DNA of 64,000 nucleotides, from assembly GCA_963674865.2 (NCBI GenBank), contig CAXXYE010000001.1, positions 160,001 to 224,000 on the forward strand, read 5' to 3'. This document shows positions 28,881-37,659 of the stretch, piece after piece. Positions within the stretch are counted from its first letter, which is position 1. The number at the start of each line of letters is the position of its first letter. The position numbers were made by a program, and so were the translations under genes. The stretch is from Candidatus Hydrogenedentota bacterium (lineage in GTDB: Bacteria > Hydrogenedentota > Hydrogenedentia > Hydrogenedentales > SLHB01). The notes beneath the pieces were generated by a model. That model saw only the letters and a program-made list of their open reading frames with translations. It was not told the origin of the DNA and did not search any database.

Positions 28881-29693
28881 CTACACCGCCAGTTGCTCGA
28901 CGATCTGCAGAATGATGCCCACCACGGCCGCCGCCAGGCCGCATGATAGCGCGAGCGCATACAGCGCCAGGCCCGCCTGAATAACGCGCTTCAGCGTCTT
29001 GTCCCAGTCATTCGCCAGCGGCAGCGCGGCCAACACCGACAGCGGCAAGAGAAACATCAGCGCCCAGACGAAAAGACTTGCCCCGTTCTCTTCGAGCCAG
29101 TTCCATTTCTCAAGCGGCGCAAGCTCCTGGGCCATCACCGCCGTGTAGAGGCGGTGCAACAGCGATACCAGCAGCTTGGTTCCCACGTGGAAAGCTATCG
29201 TGGCCGCCAGGATTCCCAGCGGGAAGGCCACCAGGCGGGCCTTATCGACCGCGGGCAGGTTTTCATCCTCCGACGTCAAGTACATCTCGAGATACGCCGC
29301 CAGATACGCCATGATCGCCAACGGCCCCGTCACGAGCCCGAGCACGAACGCCACAAGGCGAACCAGCCGCGCGTCCCACCCAAAGCGCTCGGCAATGCCC
29401 CCGCACACGCCCAGCCAAACGCGGCCATCGGCGGATAACGCCATCCCTTCCGATGCGCCTTCCTTGGTGAGCTTTGCCGCCTCAGCGTTAGCCGCCGCTG
29501 CACAGCGCGTCAACACGGCGTCGACCTCTTCATCGTGCGGCGGGCGCGTGAAATGCTTGAACTCGCTCTGAATCCGCCCTTTCAGGCGTAATACGAGCAG
29601 ATCCCGCGCCTTCGGTGGAAGCCGGTTGAACCGTTCACCCGCCGTCCGGAGAAAGACAGCGATCTGCCGTTCCTGTTTCTGCGTGAACTGCAT
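28881..29693 (-). CDS. PspC domain membrane protein
   Basis: WLGVCGGIAERFGWD..LVRL..YL PspC motif plus additional TMs. Confidence 0.85.
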   Translation of the reverse strand: MQFTQKQERQIAVFLRTAGERFNRLPPKARDLLVLRLKGRIQSEFKHFTRPPHDEEVDAVLTRCAAAANAEAAKLTKEGASEGMALSADGRVWLGVCGGIAERFGWDARLVRLVAFVLGLVTGPLAIMAYLAAYLEMYLTSEDENLPAVDKARLVAFPLGILAATIAFHVGTKLLVSLLHRLYTAVMAQELAPLEKWNWLEENGASLFVWALMFLLPLSVLAALPLANDWDKTLKRVIQAGLALYALALSCGLAAAVVGIILQIVEQLAV

Positions 29694-29843
29694 CGTCCCC
29701 TCGAGCCTTGCACGCAGTATACCGCACGCCTTCGTGGTTTGGAAACCGTGAGGCGGGCCGGGCAGGTTCTCGCCACGCAACGCCTGGGGCGCGGGGCGGC
29801 CCTTGGCGGCCACCCCGCGCCCTTGGCGTTTCAGTGGCGTGTC

Positions 29844-31004
29844 CTAGACCTGACTCACACGGGCGGCGCGCAATTCGCGGATGATGGCGGCCAGTTCGGC
29901 ATCGGAAACCGGGCCGCATTTCGCTTCGGACGCCTGGATAACCGTCTGATACACGGCTTCTACCTCGTCGGCGGCCAACGCGCAGCCTATGGACTGCGCC
30001 TGGTGTGCCACGCCGCGGCGGCCTGAGCGGCCCGTCAGGACGAACTGGTGTCCCGCGGCGTCTACCATGCTCGGCGGGACGCTCTCGTACGTGCGCGGAT
30101 CCTTGACGATGCCGTCCTGGTGGATGCCCGCGCTGTGGGCGAAGGCATTGGCTCCGACGACGGCGCGGTTCGGCTGCACCGGCACGCCCGTGACTTCGGA
30201 CACGCGCCGGCTCAAGGCGCTGACGTGCGACAGATCCAGGCCCGTCTCGGCGATGCCTTTGACCGCCAACACGACGCCTACCTCTTCGACGGCGGCGTTG
30301 CCTGCGCGCTCGCCGATGCCGTTCACGGTTACCTCCACCTGCGTCGCGCCGCTCTCGACGGCGGCCACAGTATTGGCCGTGGCCATGCCCATATCGTTGT
30401 GGCAGTGGGCGGATACGATGACGCCGGGCGGGACAAATGCCGCCACGTCGCGGATCACGGCGCCGAATTCGGCCGGGATGGCGCAGCCCACGGTGTCGGC
30501 GACGTTGATGCGACTCGCCCCTTCCGCCACGGCTGCGCTGATGCATTGCCGCAGGAAGGGCCGCTCCGTGCGGGAGGCGTCCTCGGGCGTGAACTGGACA
30601 ACCTCTGCTTTACCGCGGGCGTAGGCGACGGAGCGCTCGATGGCACGGATGACGTCCGCGCGGCTCATTCCCAGCTTCTTCTCCCGGTGAATATCCGACG
30701 TGCCGATGAAGACGTGGATTACCGGACGGGCGGCTCCGCGCAGGGCCGCTGCCGCCGCGTCGATATCCTCCCGTTTGCACCGCGCGAACGCGGCCACCTC
30801 GGCCTTTCGCACGACTTGGGCCACGCGGCTCACCGCGTCGAAATCCCCCGGCGACGACACTGGAAAGCCCGCCTCGATGGTGGCCACGCCGAAGGCCTCC
30901 AGCCGTTCGGCGATCTCGACCTTCTGCTCCGGTGTTATGTGGACGCCGGGCGTCTGCTCCCCGTCTCGCAAGGTGGTGTCGAATACATATACGCGCTTAG
31001 ACAT
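29844..31004 (-). CDS. leuA: 2-isopropylmalate synthase, short form without C-terminal regulatory domain
   Basis: FDTTLRDGEQTPG, HCHNDMG, GIGERAGNA, AHSAGIHQDG; only 386 aa. The upstream Leu attenuator supports leucine specificity. Confidence 0.88.
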   Translation of the reverse strand: MSKRVYVFDTTLRDGEQTPGVHITPEQKVEIAERLEAFGVATIEAGFPVSSPGDFDAVSRVAQVVRKAEVAAFARCKREDIDAAAAALRGAARPVIHVFIGTSDIHREKKLGMSRADVIRAIERSVAYARGKAEVVQFTPEDASRTERPFLRQCISAAVAEGASRINVADTVGCAIPAEFGAVIRDVAAFVPPGVIVSAHCHNDMGMATANTVAAVESGATQVEVTVNGIGERAGNAAVEEVGVVLAVKGIAETGLDLSHVSALSRRVSEVTGVPVQPNRAVVGANAFAHSAGIHQDGIVKDPRTYESVPPSMVDAAGHQFVLTGRSGRRGVAHQAQSIGCALAADEVEAVYQTVIQASEAKCGPVSDAELAAIIRELRAARVSQV

Positions 31005-31013
31005 GACAAAACT

Positions 31014-31064
31014 CCTTTGTGTGATGTGCTATTCCATTGACAAGGCAATCCCATCGCACAAAGG
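31014..31064 (-). promoter_or_regulatory. Hairpin sequestering part of the leuA Shine-Dalgarno
   Basis: On the minus strand CCTTTGTGCGATG pairs with CATCACACAAAGG (12/13), covering AAAGG of the AAAGGAG SD. Confidence 0.6.
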
Positions 31065-31204
31065 GCCAAGCGCTCGGATCGTAGGCCAGCAAGCCCCGAT
31101 TCCATGTAACACCACCTCCTCTCAATCCGCGCTTTCCGGCCTCTCGCAGCGGAAACCATCCCGCCGCTTGGCCGTGCGCCGCGACGCGTAACGTCGACGC
31201 GTCC

Positions 31205-31245
31205 AAAAAAGCTGAGGCCACGAACCCGTCTGGGCTCGTGGCCTC
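31205..31245 (-). terminator. Attenuator intrinsic terminator of the leuA leader
   Basis: Minus strand GAGGCCACGAGCCC-AGAC-GGGTTCGTGGCCTC followed by AGC and T6. Confidence 0.88.
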
Positions 31246-31275
31246 TGTATTCCAAACCCCGTTAGGGGGTGACGA

Positions 31276-31359
31276 TCAACGAATTCGAGGCATAACGAGC
31301 CTGCCTTCCTCCGCGAGGAGGAGTGGGAGTAGCAGGCCTATATGCTTCGAATTGCGCAC
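31276..31359 (-). CDS. leuL: Leucine leader peptide MRNSKHIGLLLPLLLAEEGRLVMPRIR (27 aa)
   Basis: GTG start with AGAGGA SD; 6 Leu in 7 codons (CTG CTA CTC CCA CTC CTC CTC); stop 30 nt before the terminator; upstream of leuA. Confidence 0.85.
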   Translation of the reverse strand: MRNSKHIGLLLPLLLAEEGRLVMPRIR

Positions 31360-31381
31360 TGATTACTTCCTCTTTGCCGGA

Positions 31382-31411
31382 AATGTACCACGTATCGGGC
31401 CGTAAACGCAA
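31382..31411 (-). promoter_or_regulatory. Candidate promoter for the leu leader, TTGCGT-18-TACATT with TGn extension
   Basis: Motif match about 22 nt upstream of the leader GTG. Confidence 0.4.
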
Positions 31412-31463
31412 ATTGATTGTCTTGATACACAATCACTTCCTGAAAACACCGACAGCGCCTCGA

Positions 31464-34223
31464 CTATGCCGGGGTGCGCCGCCGTCGCCGCGCGAGCATG
31501 AAGACTGTCATCGCCGTTGCCAGCACAACCAAGGCGTCTCCAAGCTCTCTCCCGGACGGCGGCGCCGCTCCATCCACCAACTGTGCGGCGGCGCAGCCGC
31601 CCGAGGCCTGGCCATCCCCTTCCCCCAAGAACGGCACGAAATCTACCTCCCCCGCCATCTTGGAGGCGATTTCGGACTCGTCGTACGCGCCCCAGTCATT
31701 GTTCTCGGCCTGTGTGCGCTCCGTGCTAGCGTTCATCACGAGGTTCCCGAACACATTTCGGAAGGTGTTATAGCCCGTCGTACTTGTCCTTCGCGCATCG
31801 CCAAGCATGGGCGTCTCGATGGACTCGCCTGCCTTCAACACATCCGGCAGACGTACGAAAACCGCGTCGCTTCTGATTCCCTCGAAGGCGGTATCCGTGA
31901 TATTCACGCCCGAGTTGACGGCCTGGATGCCGAAGTCGAGCCGGCGAAAGGTGCAATCCTCGACAACAGATGCCGACGACGCTGTTCCCGAGATCAACAT
32001 CCCTAACGAGAACAAGTTGTCGTTTCCATCGAACACGACGTTCTCGGCCGTCATGGCCACGTCGTCTACACGCAGCAGTACCGTCGGCTGAGGATGGAAT
32101 CCGGGCAACGTGACGAGGCAATCGCGAATAACCGCGCCGTCCGCGCCGTTCACAACCACGTGTTCATCATCGGCCGCGTCGTAATACTGGATCTTCGTCT
32201 GATCCGTTCCCGCTCCCCGCAGGATGACGTTCGGACTGAAGTCGATTGGCTCATCATAGGTGCCTTCGGCCACCTCCACCACCGTTTTCCGGTACGCCGA
32301 GTAGCGTCCCACCTCGGCCATTGCGTGTCCGATACTTGCCCACGGGTGCTCCGCGCTCCCGTCGCCTGCGTCGTCATCGCCGTCCGTGGCCACATACAGC
32401 GTCGCCGGCGGATCCGTCGGATCATTCGGATCGGTGTTGGCCAGGAACTCGTGTAGGTTCGGTATATCATCGCCGTCCGGATCGGTTGTTCCATCGCTTC
32501 CGTCGGCCGGATTCAAGTCGTTCTGCTGTTCCCAGAGATCATCCATTCCGTCCCCGTCATCATCACCCGCGACGAATTCGTACGCCCCCATGTCTACGCC
32601 GTCGTATTGGGGGCGCGGTACGCCAAGGATATCCGCTTCGGGCGCATTCTCGGTCCTGCCCGTGTTGACGCACGGGGAGCCCCACTGGAGGCGCAAGTCT
32701 CCGTTCGCCGCGTCCACAAACACCGGCTCGGCGTCGATGTTGCCCTCTCCGGGATATCCGCCGGAGATATCGGAATAGCTCACTTCGAGCTCGCTCAACG
32801 CCGTTCCATTGATTTCCTTGGGCAGTAGATCGTCGAAGATGCAGTTGGCCACGGTTGCGCGCGAGTCGTGTGCGTAGATGCCGCCGTCCGGGCAATTCGC
32901 GTTGTTCCAAAGGGTGCAATTGGTGATCTCCAGTGAACTGTGGCTGCAGCAGAGCGTCCCTCGCCCCGACACCACGCTTGAGTCACACGAATTGCCTGTA
33001 AGGATGCAGTTCGTGACAACGGCCACGCCAGACTCGATGCTGATCGCCCCGCCCCAGCATCTGCCCTCGTTGCCGTGAAACCGGCATGCGTCAAATGTCG
33101 TGTTGCATCCAATGCCGTAGTAGGCACCGCGAATGTACTTGGATGCATTGTCTTGGAACAGACAATTCTGGACAGTGCATGTTCCGCCGTCATTTCTCAG
33201 TGCGCTGCCCGTGTCGCTCGAGTTCCCGATGAAGGAGCAATTGTCCACCTTTACAGATTCTCCCGTGAAGTAGGCGGCCGCGGACCTCGCGTTGTTGCCG
33301 AGGAACGAACAGCCGGACAGGGAGTCGCCCGTGCCCGTGGCAAACATGCCCCCGCCTGCTTGTCCCGCTTCGTTGGCTTGGAACGTGCATCTCACAATCG
33401 TGTGCACGTATCCGCGACCTGCGATGGCACCGCCGCTCCCATACGTGTGGTTTCCTTCGAACACGCAATCCGATACCTTCAGATCCCCCGTCTCGACGAA
33501 GATGGCGCCGCCACCACATTCGACCTCGTTGTCATGGAAGTCGCAGCGTGAAATGGTGAGCGGCCCGTTGATGACAGAGATACCTCCCCCGTTGGCCTGT
33601 GTCCCGGAGGCAAGACGCACCACCTCGTTCGAGTCAAAGGTGCAGTCCGACACAACCAATACGGACGTGTTGCCGCGGATTCCGCCTCCGAAGCGACTTG
33701 CCCTGTTTCCCTCGAAAATGCAGTTCGAGACGGACATGATGCAGTGGCTTGCCCGCAGGCCGCCGCCGTGGAGACAAGCGTCCTCGCCCGTGGCTTCTCC
33801 GCCCGTTACGCGGAATCCGTCCAGAGTCGTGCCGTTGCCTCCCTCGATTACGTGGTAGGCCGGCTCGCCGCCACGAGCCGTTGAACCGTCGATGGTGCTG
33901 TAGGCGTCGTCCGGGCGTTCCGCACGAGCCGCCTCTGTGCCGAGGAAGCCGCCGTAGAGATCGACCCCTTCCTTCATGAGCACCGAGCCGGTGTCGACGC
34001 CGTTGATTTCGGAGATCCGCGGCTCGTCGTAGACGGCCTGTGTCACCCAGACCTCGTCGTAGATCTCCGCGGCGTTGATGGCCGCTTGGATGGTTGTAAA
34101 CGCCGTTGCCCACGCCAGGCCGTCCTCGACGCCCGAGGCGTTGTCCCTGTCAACGTACCAGACGTCGCCAAAGGCGCATAGCGCCGCCCCCACAGCTATT
34201 GCCAGTAACATAGCCTTGCGCAT
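31464..34223 (-). CDS. Surface protein with parallel beta-helix repeats, Asp-rich Ca-binding segment, DUF1565-like repeat and C-terminal GC-TM-basic anchor
   Basis: Signal peptide; repeated C.F..N....GG units; GNIDAEPVF..DMGAYEF; DDDGDGMDD; SGGCAAA..LVVLATAMTVFMLARRRRR. Confidence 0.85.
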   Translation of the reverse strand: MRKAMLLAIAVGAALCAFGDVWYVDRDNASGVEDGLAWATAFTTIQAAINAAEIYDEVWVTQAVYDEPRISEINGVDTGSVLMKEGVDLYGGFLGTEAARAERPDDAYSTIDGSTARGGEPAYHVIEGGNGTTLDGFRVTGGEATGEDACLHGGGLRASHCIMSVSNCIFEGNRASRFGGGIRGNTSVLVVSDCTFDSNEVVRLASGTQANGGGISVINGPLTISRCDFHDNEVECGGGAIFVETGDLKVSDCVFEGNHTYGSGGAIAGRGYVHTIVRCTFQANEAGQAGGGMFATGTGDSLSGCSFLGNNARSAAAYFTGESVKVDNCSFIGNSSDTGSALRNDGGTCTVQNCLFQDNASKYIRGAYYGIGCNTTFDACRFHGNEGRCWGGAISIESGVAVVTNCILTGNSCDSSVVSGRGTLCCSHSSLEITNCTLWNNANCPDGGIYAHDSRATVANCIFDDLLPKEINGTALSELEVSYSDISGGYPGEGNIDAEPVFVDAANGDLRLQWGSPCVNTGRTENAPEADILGVPRPQYDGVDMGAYEFVAGDDDGDGMDDLWEQQNDLNPADGSDGTTDPDGDDIPNLHEFLANTDPNDPTDPPATLYVATDGDDDAGDGSAEHPWASIGHAMAEVGRYSAYRKTVVEVAEGTYDEPIDFSPNVILRGAGTDQTKIQYYDAADDEHVVVNGADGAVIRDCLVTLPGFHPQPTVLLRVDDVAMTAENVVFDGNDNLFSLGMLISGTASSASVVEDCTFRRLDFGIQAVNSGVNITDTAFEGIRSDAVFVRLPDVLKAGESIETPMLGDARRTSTTGYNTFRNVFGNLVMNASTERTQAENNDWGAYDESEIASKMAGEVDFVPFLGEGDGQASGGCAAAQLVDGAAPPSGRELGDALVVLATAMTVFMLARRRRRTPA

Positions 34224-34291
34224 GATGGTTCCCTCCACTTCGGCAAGTCCCCATGTTCTATCGGCCCACCACCGGCCTGCTCTCAACCGTA

Positions 34292-35524
34292 TTATTCTAG
34301 CCCATCGTGAGTGTTGTGATCGACCACCAGCGCCTCCCCGAAGCGCTGTCGCGTCCGTAGGAACAGATCGCGCGGCACGTAGCCACGCGTGACGTCAAAC
34401 TCGAGCTGCTCCGCCGAACCATCCTCCCGCGAACGCATCACCGTGGCGTGCCATATGCTGCCCGCGGGGCCCCGAAACTGCATCCTCGAGTCGGCCAAGA
34501 AGCCACGGCGGATCTGCCTACCATTGATCGCCACAATCCGATCTCCGGGGAGGATTCCCGCCACCGCGGCCGGGCATCCCGGCAGGACCTCCTCGACAAG
34601 GCAGTAGCTGCCGTATTCCGGGTGATCCCAATGGCGCGTGACGAACAGTCCAACGCCCTCGTAGCAAACGACTTCGTCCGGGGCCCGGTTCTCCGTGAGC
34701 AAGCTTAGGACCACCCCCGTGGACACGAGCAGGGCCGTCATCAACACGACAAGCGCCCCGCCGGCGATTTTGAGCAGCGGCGTGGCCAGTCCGCATGTTT
34801 CCAAACCTTCGACGGAGCCCCCGTGGGCAAGGTGATCCACCATGAGGCCCGGGCCGGAGGCCGCCGCCGATCTCCCCAGATTCAGGACGGCTGGACCTCC
34901 AGCCAAGGCCCCGAGAACGCGCTCACGGTAGGGCGCCGCTGAATAGGGGAGGCACTGCTCGAAGTCCATGGACGGAGCGCGCTCCATGAACTTCTCCTGG
35001 AGCTTGAGCCTGCCCAGGCGAAGCCGTTTCTTCATCGTATCCTCCCTCACCCCCAGCGCTTCCGCGCTTTCGGCCACCGTCTTCCCCTCCAGGTAATACA
35101 AAGCCAGGGCTTCCCGGAGTTTTGGGGACAAGGACGACATGACGCCGCTGATGCAGGTAAAGCACTCCTGCCGCGCCGCCGCCGCGGCCGGATTGTCGCC
35201 GTCGCGCTCGCTTCGCGGAGTCCTTCGCATGGCCAGTTTGCGGCGGCACTCACGATTGCGCAGCCAAGAGGTCGCCGCGTTGCGCGCAATACACCGGAGC
35301 CAGGCCGGAAACGCCTTCGGTTGCTTCAGGCGTTCCAGGTTGATCCACGCAAGGAGAAAGACCTCCTGCGTCACGTCTTCCGCCGCGCTCCAGTTGCGTG
35401 TCCTTGTCGTCGCAAGCCCGTGAACCGTGGCGTAGTGTCGCTCCACCAACTCGCCGAATGCCGCCTCGTCCCCCTGCTGTGCGGCCGCCACTAGCGATTC
35501 GGTGGAGCTTGTCGGAGCCATCAT
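34292..35524 (-). CDS. ECF sigma-70 factor fused to a TM helix and C-terminal PDZ domain
   Basis: Sigma2 AEDVTQEVFL..FPAWLR..ARN; sigma4 LSPKLREAL.LYYLEG; TM helix at about aa 254-277; PDZ EGVGL..VLPGCPAAVAGILPGDRIVAING. Confidence 0.88.
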   Translation of the reverse strand: MMAPTSSTESLVAAAQQGDEAAFGELVERHYATVHGLATTRTRNWSAAEDVTQEVFLLAWINLERLKQPKAFPAWLRCIARNAATSWLRNRECRRKLAMRRTPRSERDGDNPAAAAARQECFTCISGVMSSLSPKLREALALYYLEGKTVAESAEALGVREDTMKKRLRLGRLKLQEKFMERAPSMDFEQCLPYSAAPYRERVLGALAGGPAVLNLGRSAAASGPGLMVDHLAHGGSVEGLETCGLATPLLKIAGGALVVLMTALLVSTGVVLSLLTENRAPDEVVCYEGVGLFVTRHWDHPEYGSYCLVEEVLPGCPAAVAGILPGDRIVAINGRQIRRGFLADSRMQFRGPAGSIWHATVMRSREDGSAEQLEFDVTRGYVPRDLFLRTRQRFGEALVVDHNTHDGLE

Positions 35525-35643
35525 TCTGTTCCTTTCTTGGCCATTTCTGAATTATAGACGCGCGAATCGCCCAAAAGGGGAACTAAACCGGTCTTTTTGA
35601 CGTGGATTAGAACGCCATCCCCGGGCTTTGCTAGACTCTGGAC

Positions 35644-36759
35644 ATGGCTGCGAAGAGAGCGTTTCAACTCCTCATCAAACCCGTCAGCGCGGACTGCAAT
35701 CTGCGCTGTGAGTACTGCTTCTACCTGCGCGCCAGCGAGATGTATCCCAATATGCCGCGCCACCTTATGTCCGACGAAGTCCTCGAAACCATGATCTCCG
35801 GCCTCATGAAGCAGCGTTTTCCCGAGTCCGTGTTCGCGTGGCAGGGCGGCGAGCCCACCCTTGCCGGCGTCGATTTCTTCCGAAAAGTCGTTGAATTGCA
35901 GAAAAAACACGGTGTAACGGGGCAAAGCGTCGGCAACGGGCTGCAAACCAATGGCGTCCTCATCGACGACGCATGGTGTCGCCTCTTCCTGGACTACAAG
36001 TTTCTTATCGGCCTCAGCATCGACGGCCCGGAGGACATCCACAACCGCATCCGCAAGAATGCGGCCGGCCGGGGCTCGTGGGACAAAGCCATGGCTGCCG
36101 CCCGGCTGATGGAAAGCCATCGAGTCCCCTTCAATATCCTCTGTGTCATCAATGCCGAAAACGTCCGGCTTGGGGCGGACTTGCTACGCTGGTTCGTGGG
36201 GCAAGGCTTCGACTATGTCCAGCTTATCCCGTGTCTCGAAAGCGGTTTGCCTCACAGCGTGCCGGTGGACGCCTACGGCGATTTTCTGTGCGATACCTTC
36301 GACTACTGGGCGAAGGAGGGATTCGGCAAGGTCTCCGTGCGGGATTTCGACGCCATGCTCGCCATGGAATTGGGCGAGCGGACGCCGCTCTGCACCTACG
36401 GCCGCGTCTGCAATCATTACATCCTCATCGAACACAACGGCGATGTATATCCCTGCGATTTCTTCGCTTATCCCGAATGGCGTCTCGGGAACGTCACGGA
36501 ACATCCCATCGAGTGGTTCACTGAATGCGATCGCTACAAGCAATTCGCCTATCAGAAGAGCAAAGTCGCTTCGTGCCGCGGCTGCGAATGGCGCGCCATG
36601 TGCTATGGCGGTTGCCAGAAGGATCGCCTCTACGACGGTTCCTTCACCGACCCCACCCCGTTATGCCCGGCGTACAAGAAGCTCTTCGCCCACGCCGTCC
36701 CTACGCTCAAGCGTATTGCCAAAGACCTCGCCCGGCGCCAGGCCCGAAGTGGGCCTTAG
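35644..36759 (+). CDS. Anaerobic sulfatase maturase-like radical SAM/SPASM protein
   Basis: KPVSADCNLRCEYCFY, WQGGEPTL, LQTNG, GDVYPCDF, C..C.....C.GGC SPASM motif. Confidence 0.92.
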   Translation: MAAKRAFQLLIKPVSADCNLRCEYCFYLRASEMYPNMPRHLMSDEVLETMISGLMKQRFPESVFAWQGGEPTLAGVDFFRKVVELQKKHGVTGQSVGNGLQTNGVLIDDAWCRLFLDYKFLIGLSIDGPEDIHNRIRKNAAGRGSWDKAMAAARLMESHRVPFNILCVINAENVRLGADLLRWFVGQGFDYVQLIPCLESGLPHSVPVDAYGDFLCDTFDYWAKEGFGKVSVRDFDAMLAMELGERTPLCTYGRVCNHYILIEHNGDVYPCDFFAYPEWRLGNVTEHPIEWFTECDRYKQFAYQKSKVASCRGCEWRAMCYGGCQKDRLYDGSFTDPTPLCPAYKKLFAHAVPTLKRIAKDLARRQARSGP

Positions 36760-36772
36760 CGGCATTCCGCGC

Positions 36773-37597
36773 TCAGGAGGAGTCTAGAGGATGCGTCTGC
36801 CCGGCCGGTTCGACGATCAACAAGAATCTCTTCCAGCGGGCCAGGAACGCCGCCTTTGACATCCGCCACAATCCCCCGTTTGGATCCGCCAGGCCTACCG
36901 AGTCCTCATGTACTCCCCGTATCACCACCCAGTGATCCAGTGACTCGTGTAGGCCTATAGTTGTCATCGCCGGCCCGCCGTGCTGTTCGAGCGCGTCCCA
37001 ATCCGCCGTTATCAGCCGTGGCCGCTTCCCCGTGCCCTTGAGCTTCGTGTGGAGGGCTTTGCAGATGGGGAATGCCGATGTCCCGTTGAAGTGGTTTGTC
37101 CAGCAGGCCAGGGCCATCGTCCGCTCATCCGTCTCCACGCCATAGCTATACATCAACGTTGCCGCCGCTGCCGCGCCACACGTGAAGGCCGTCGTCTGCC
37201 GGCACAGTCCCGCGTTATCCGGCCGCCCTGCGCAGTTCGACGGTTCGAACATCACGCGCGCCGTCAGGCCCTGCACCATTACCGCCAACAGAGCCCAAGC
37301 GCATGCAGCCACCAGTATCCGCCGCCATAGACGTCCCATGCGCAGCGTCCCGATGCCCAGCAGAACGAACGCGACGAGCGGCGGCCACCACGGTTGTACG
37401 AGGCAGTACCAGTAGTACCTTGAAAGGGGATACTCTGTCCCGGGGAGGAGATAGAACAACGTTCTCAGAGCGATCAGCGCAAAGCATGTCCAGAAGGTCG
37501 TATGCAGCACCGTAGCCCGCCGACGCGCTACGCACAGGCCTAAAATGTAAGCGGCGAGGTACGATGCGCCTATCGCAATGGCGAACAAGATGTGCAC
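36773..37597 (-). CDS. Membrane protein with C-terminal peptidase C39-like domain
   Basis: About four N-terminal TMs; RQTTAFTCGAAA (Q/C), DHWVVI (H), ADP (D). Confidence 0.75.
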   Translation of the reverse strand: MHILFAIAIGASYLAAYILGLCVARRRATVLHTTFWTCFALIALRTLFYLLPGTEYPLSRYYWYCLVQPWWPPLVAFVLLGIGTLRMGRLWRRILVAACAWALLAVMVQGLTARVMFEPSNCAGRPDNAGLCRQTTAFTCGAAAAATLMYSYGVETDERTMALACWTNHFNGTSAFPICKALHTKLKGTGKRPRLITADWDALEQHGGPAMTTIGLHESLDHWVVIRGVHEDSVGLADPNGGLWRMSKAAFLARWKRFLLIVEPAGQTHPLDSS

Positions 37598-37659
37598 GGT
37601 GGTTCCCTCATGGGGCCGCGGATGTCGGCCCCTATCGATACACCCCGCGAAGATGGCTG

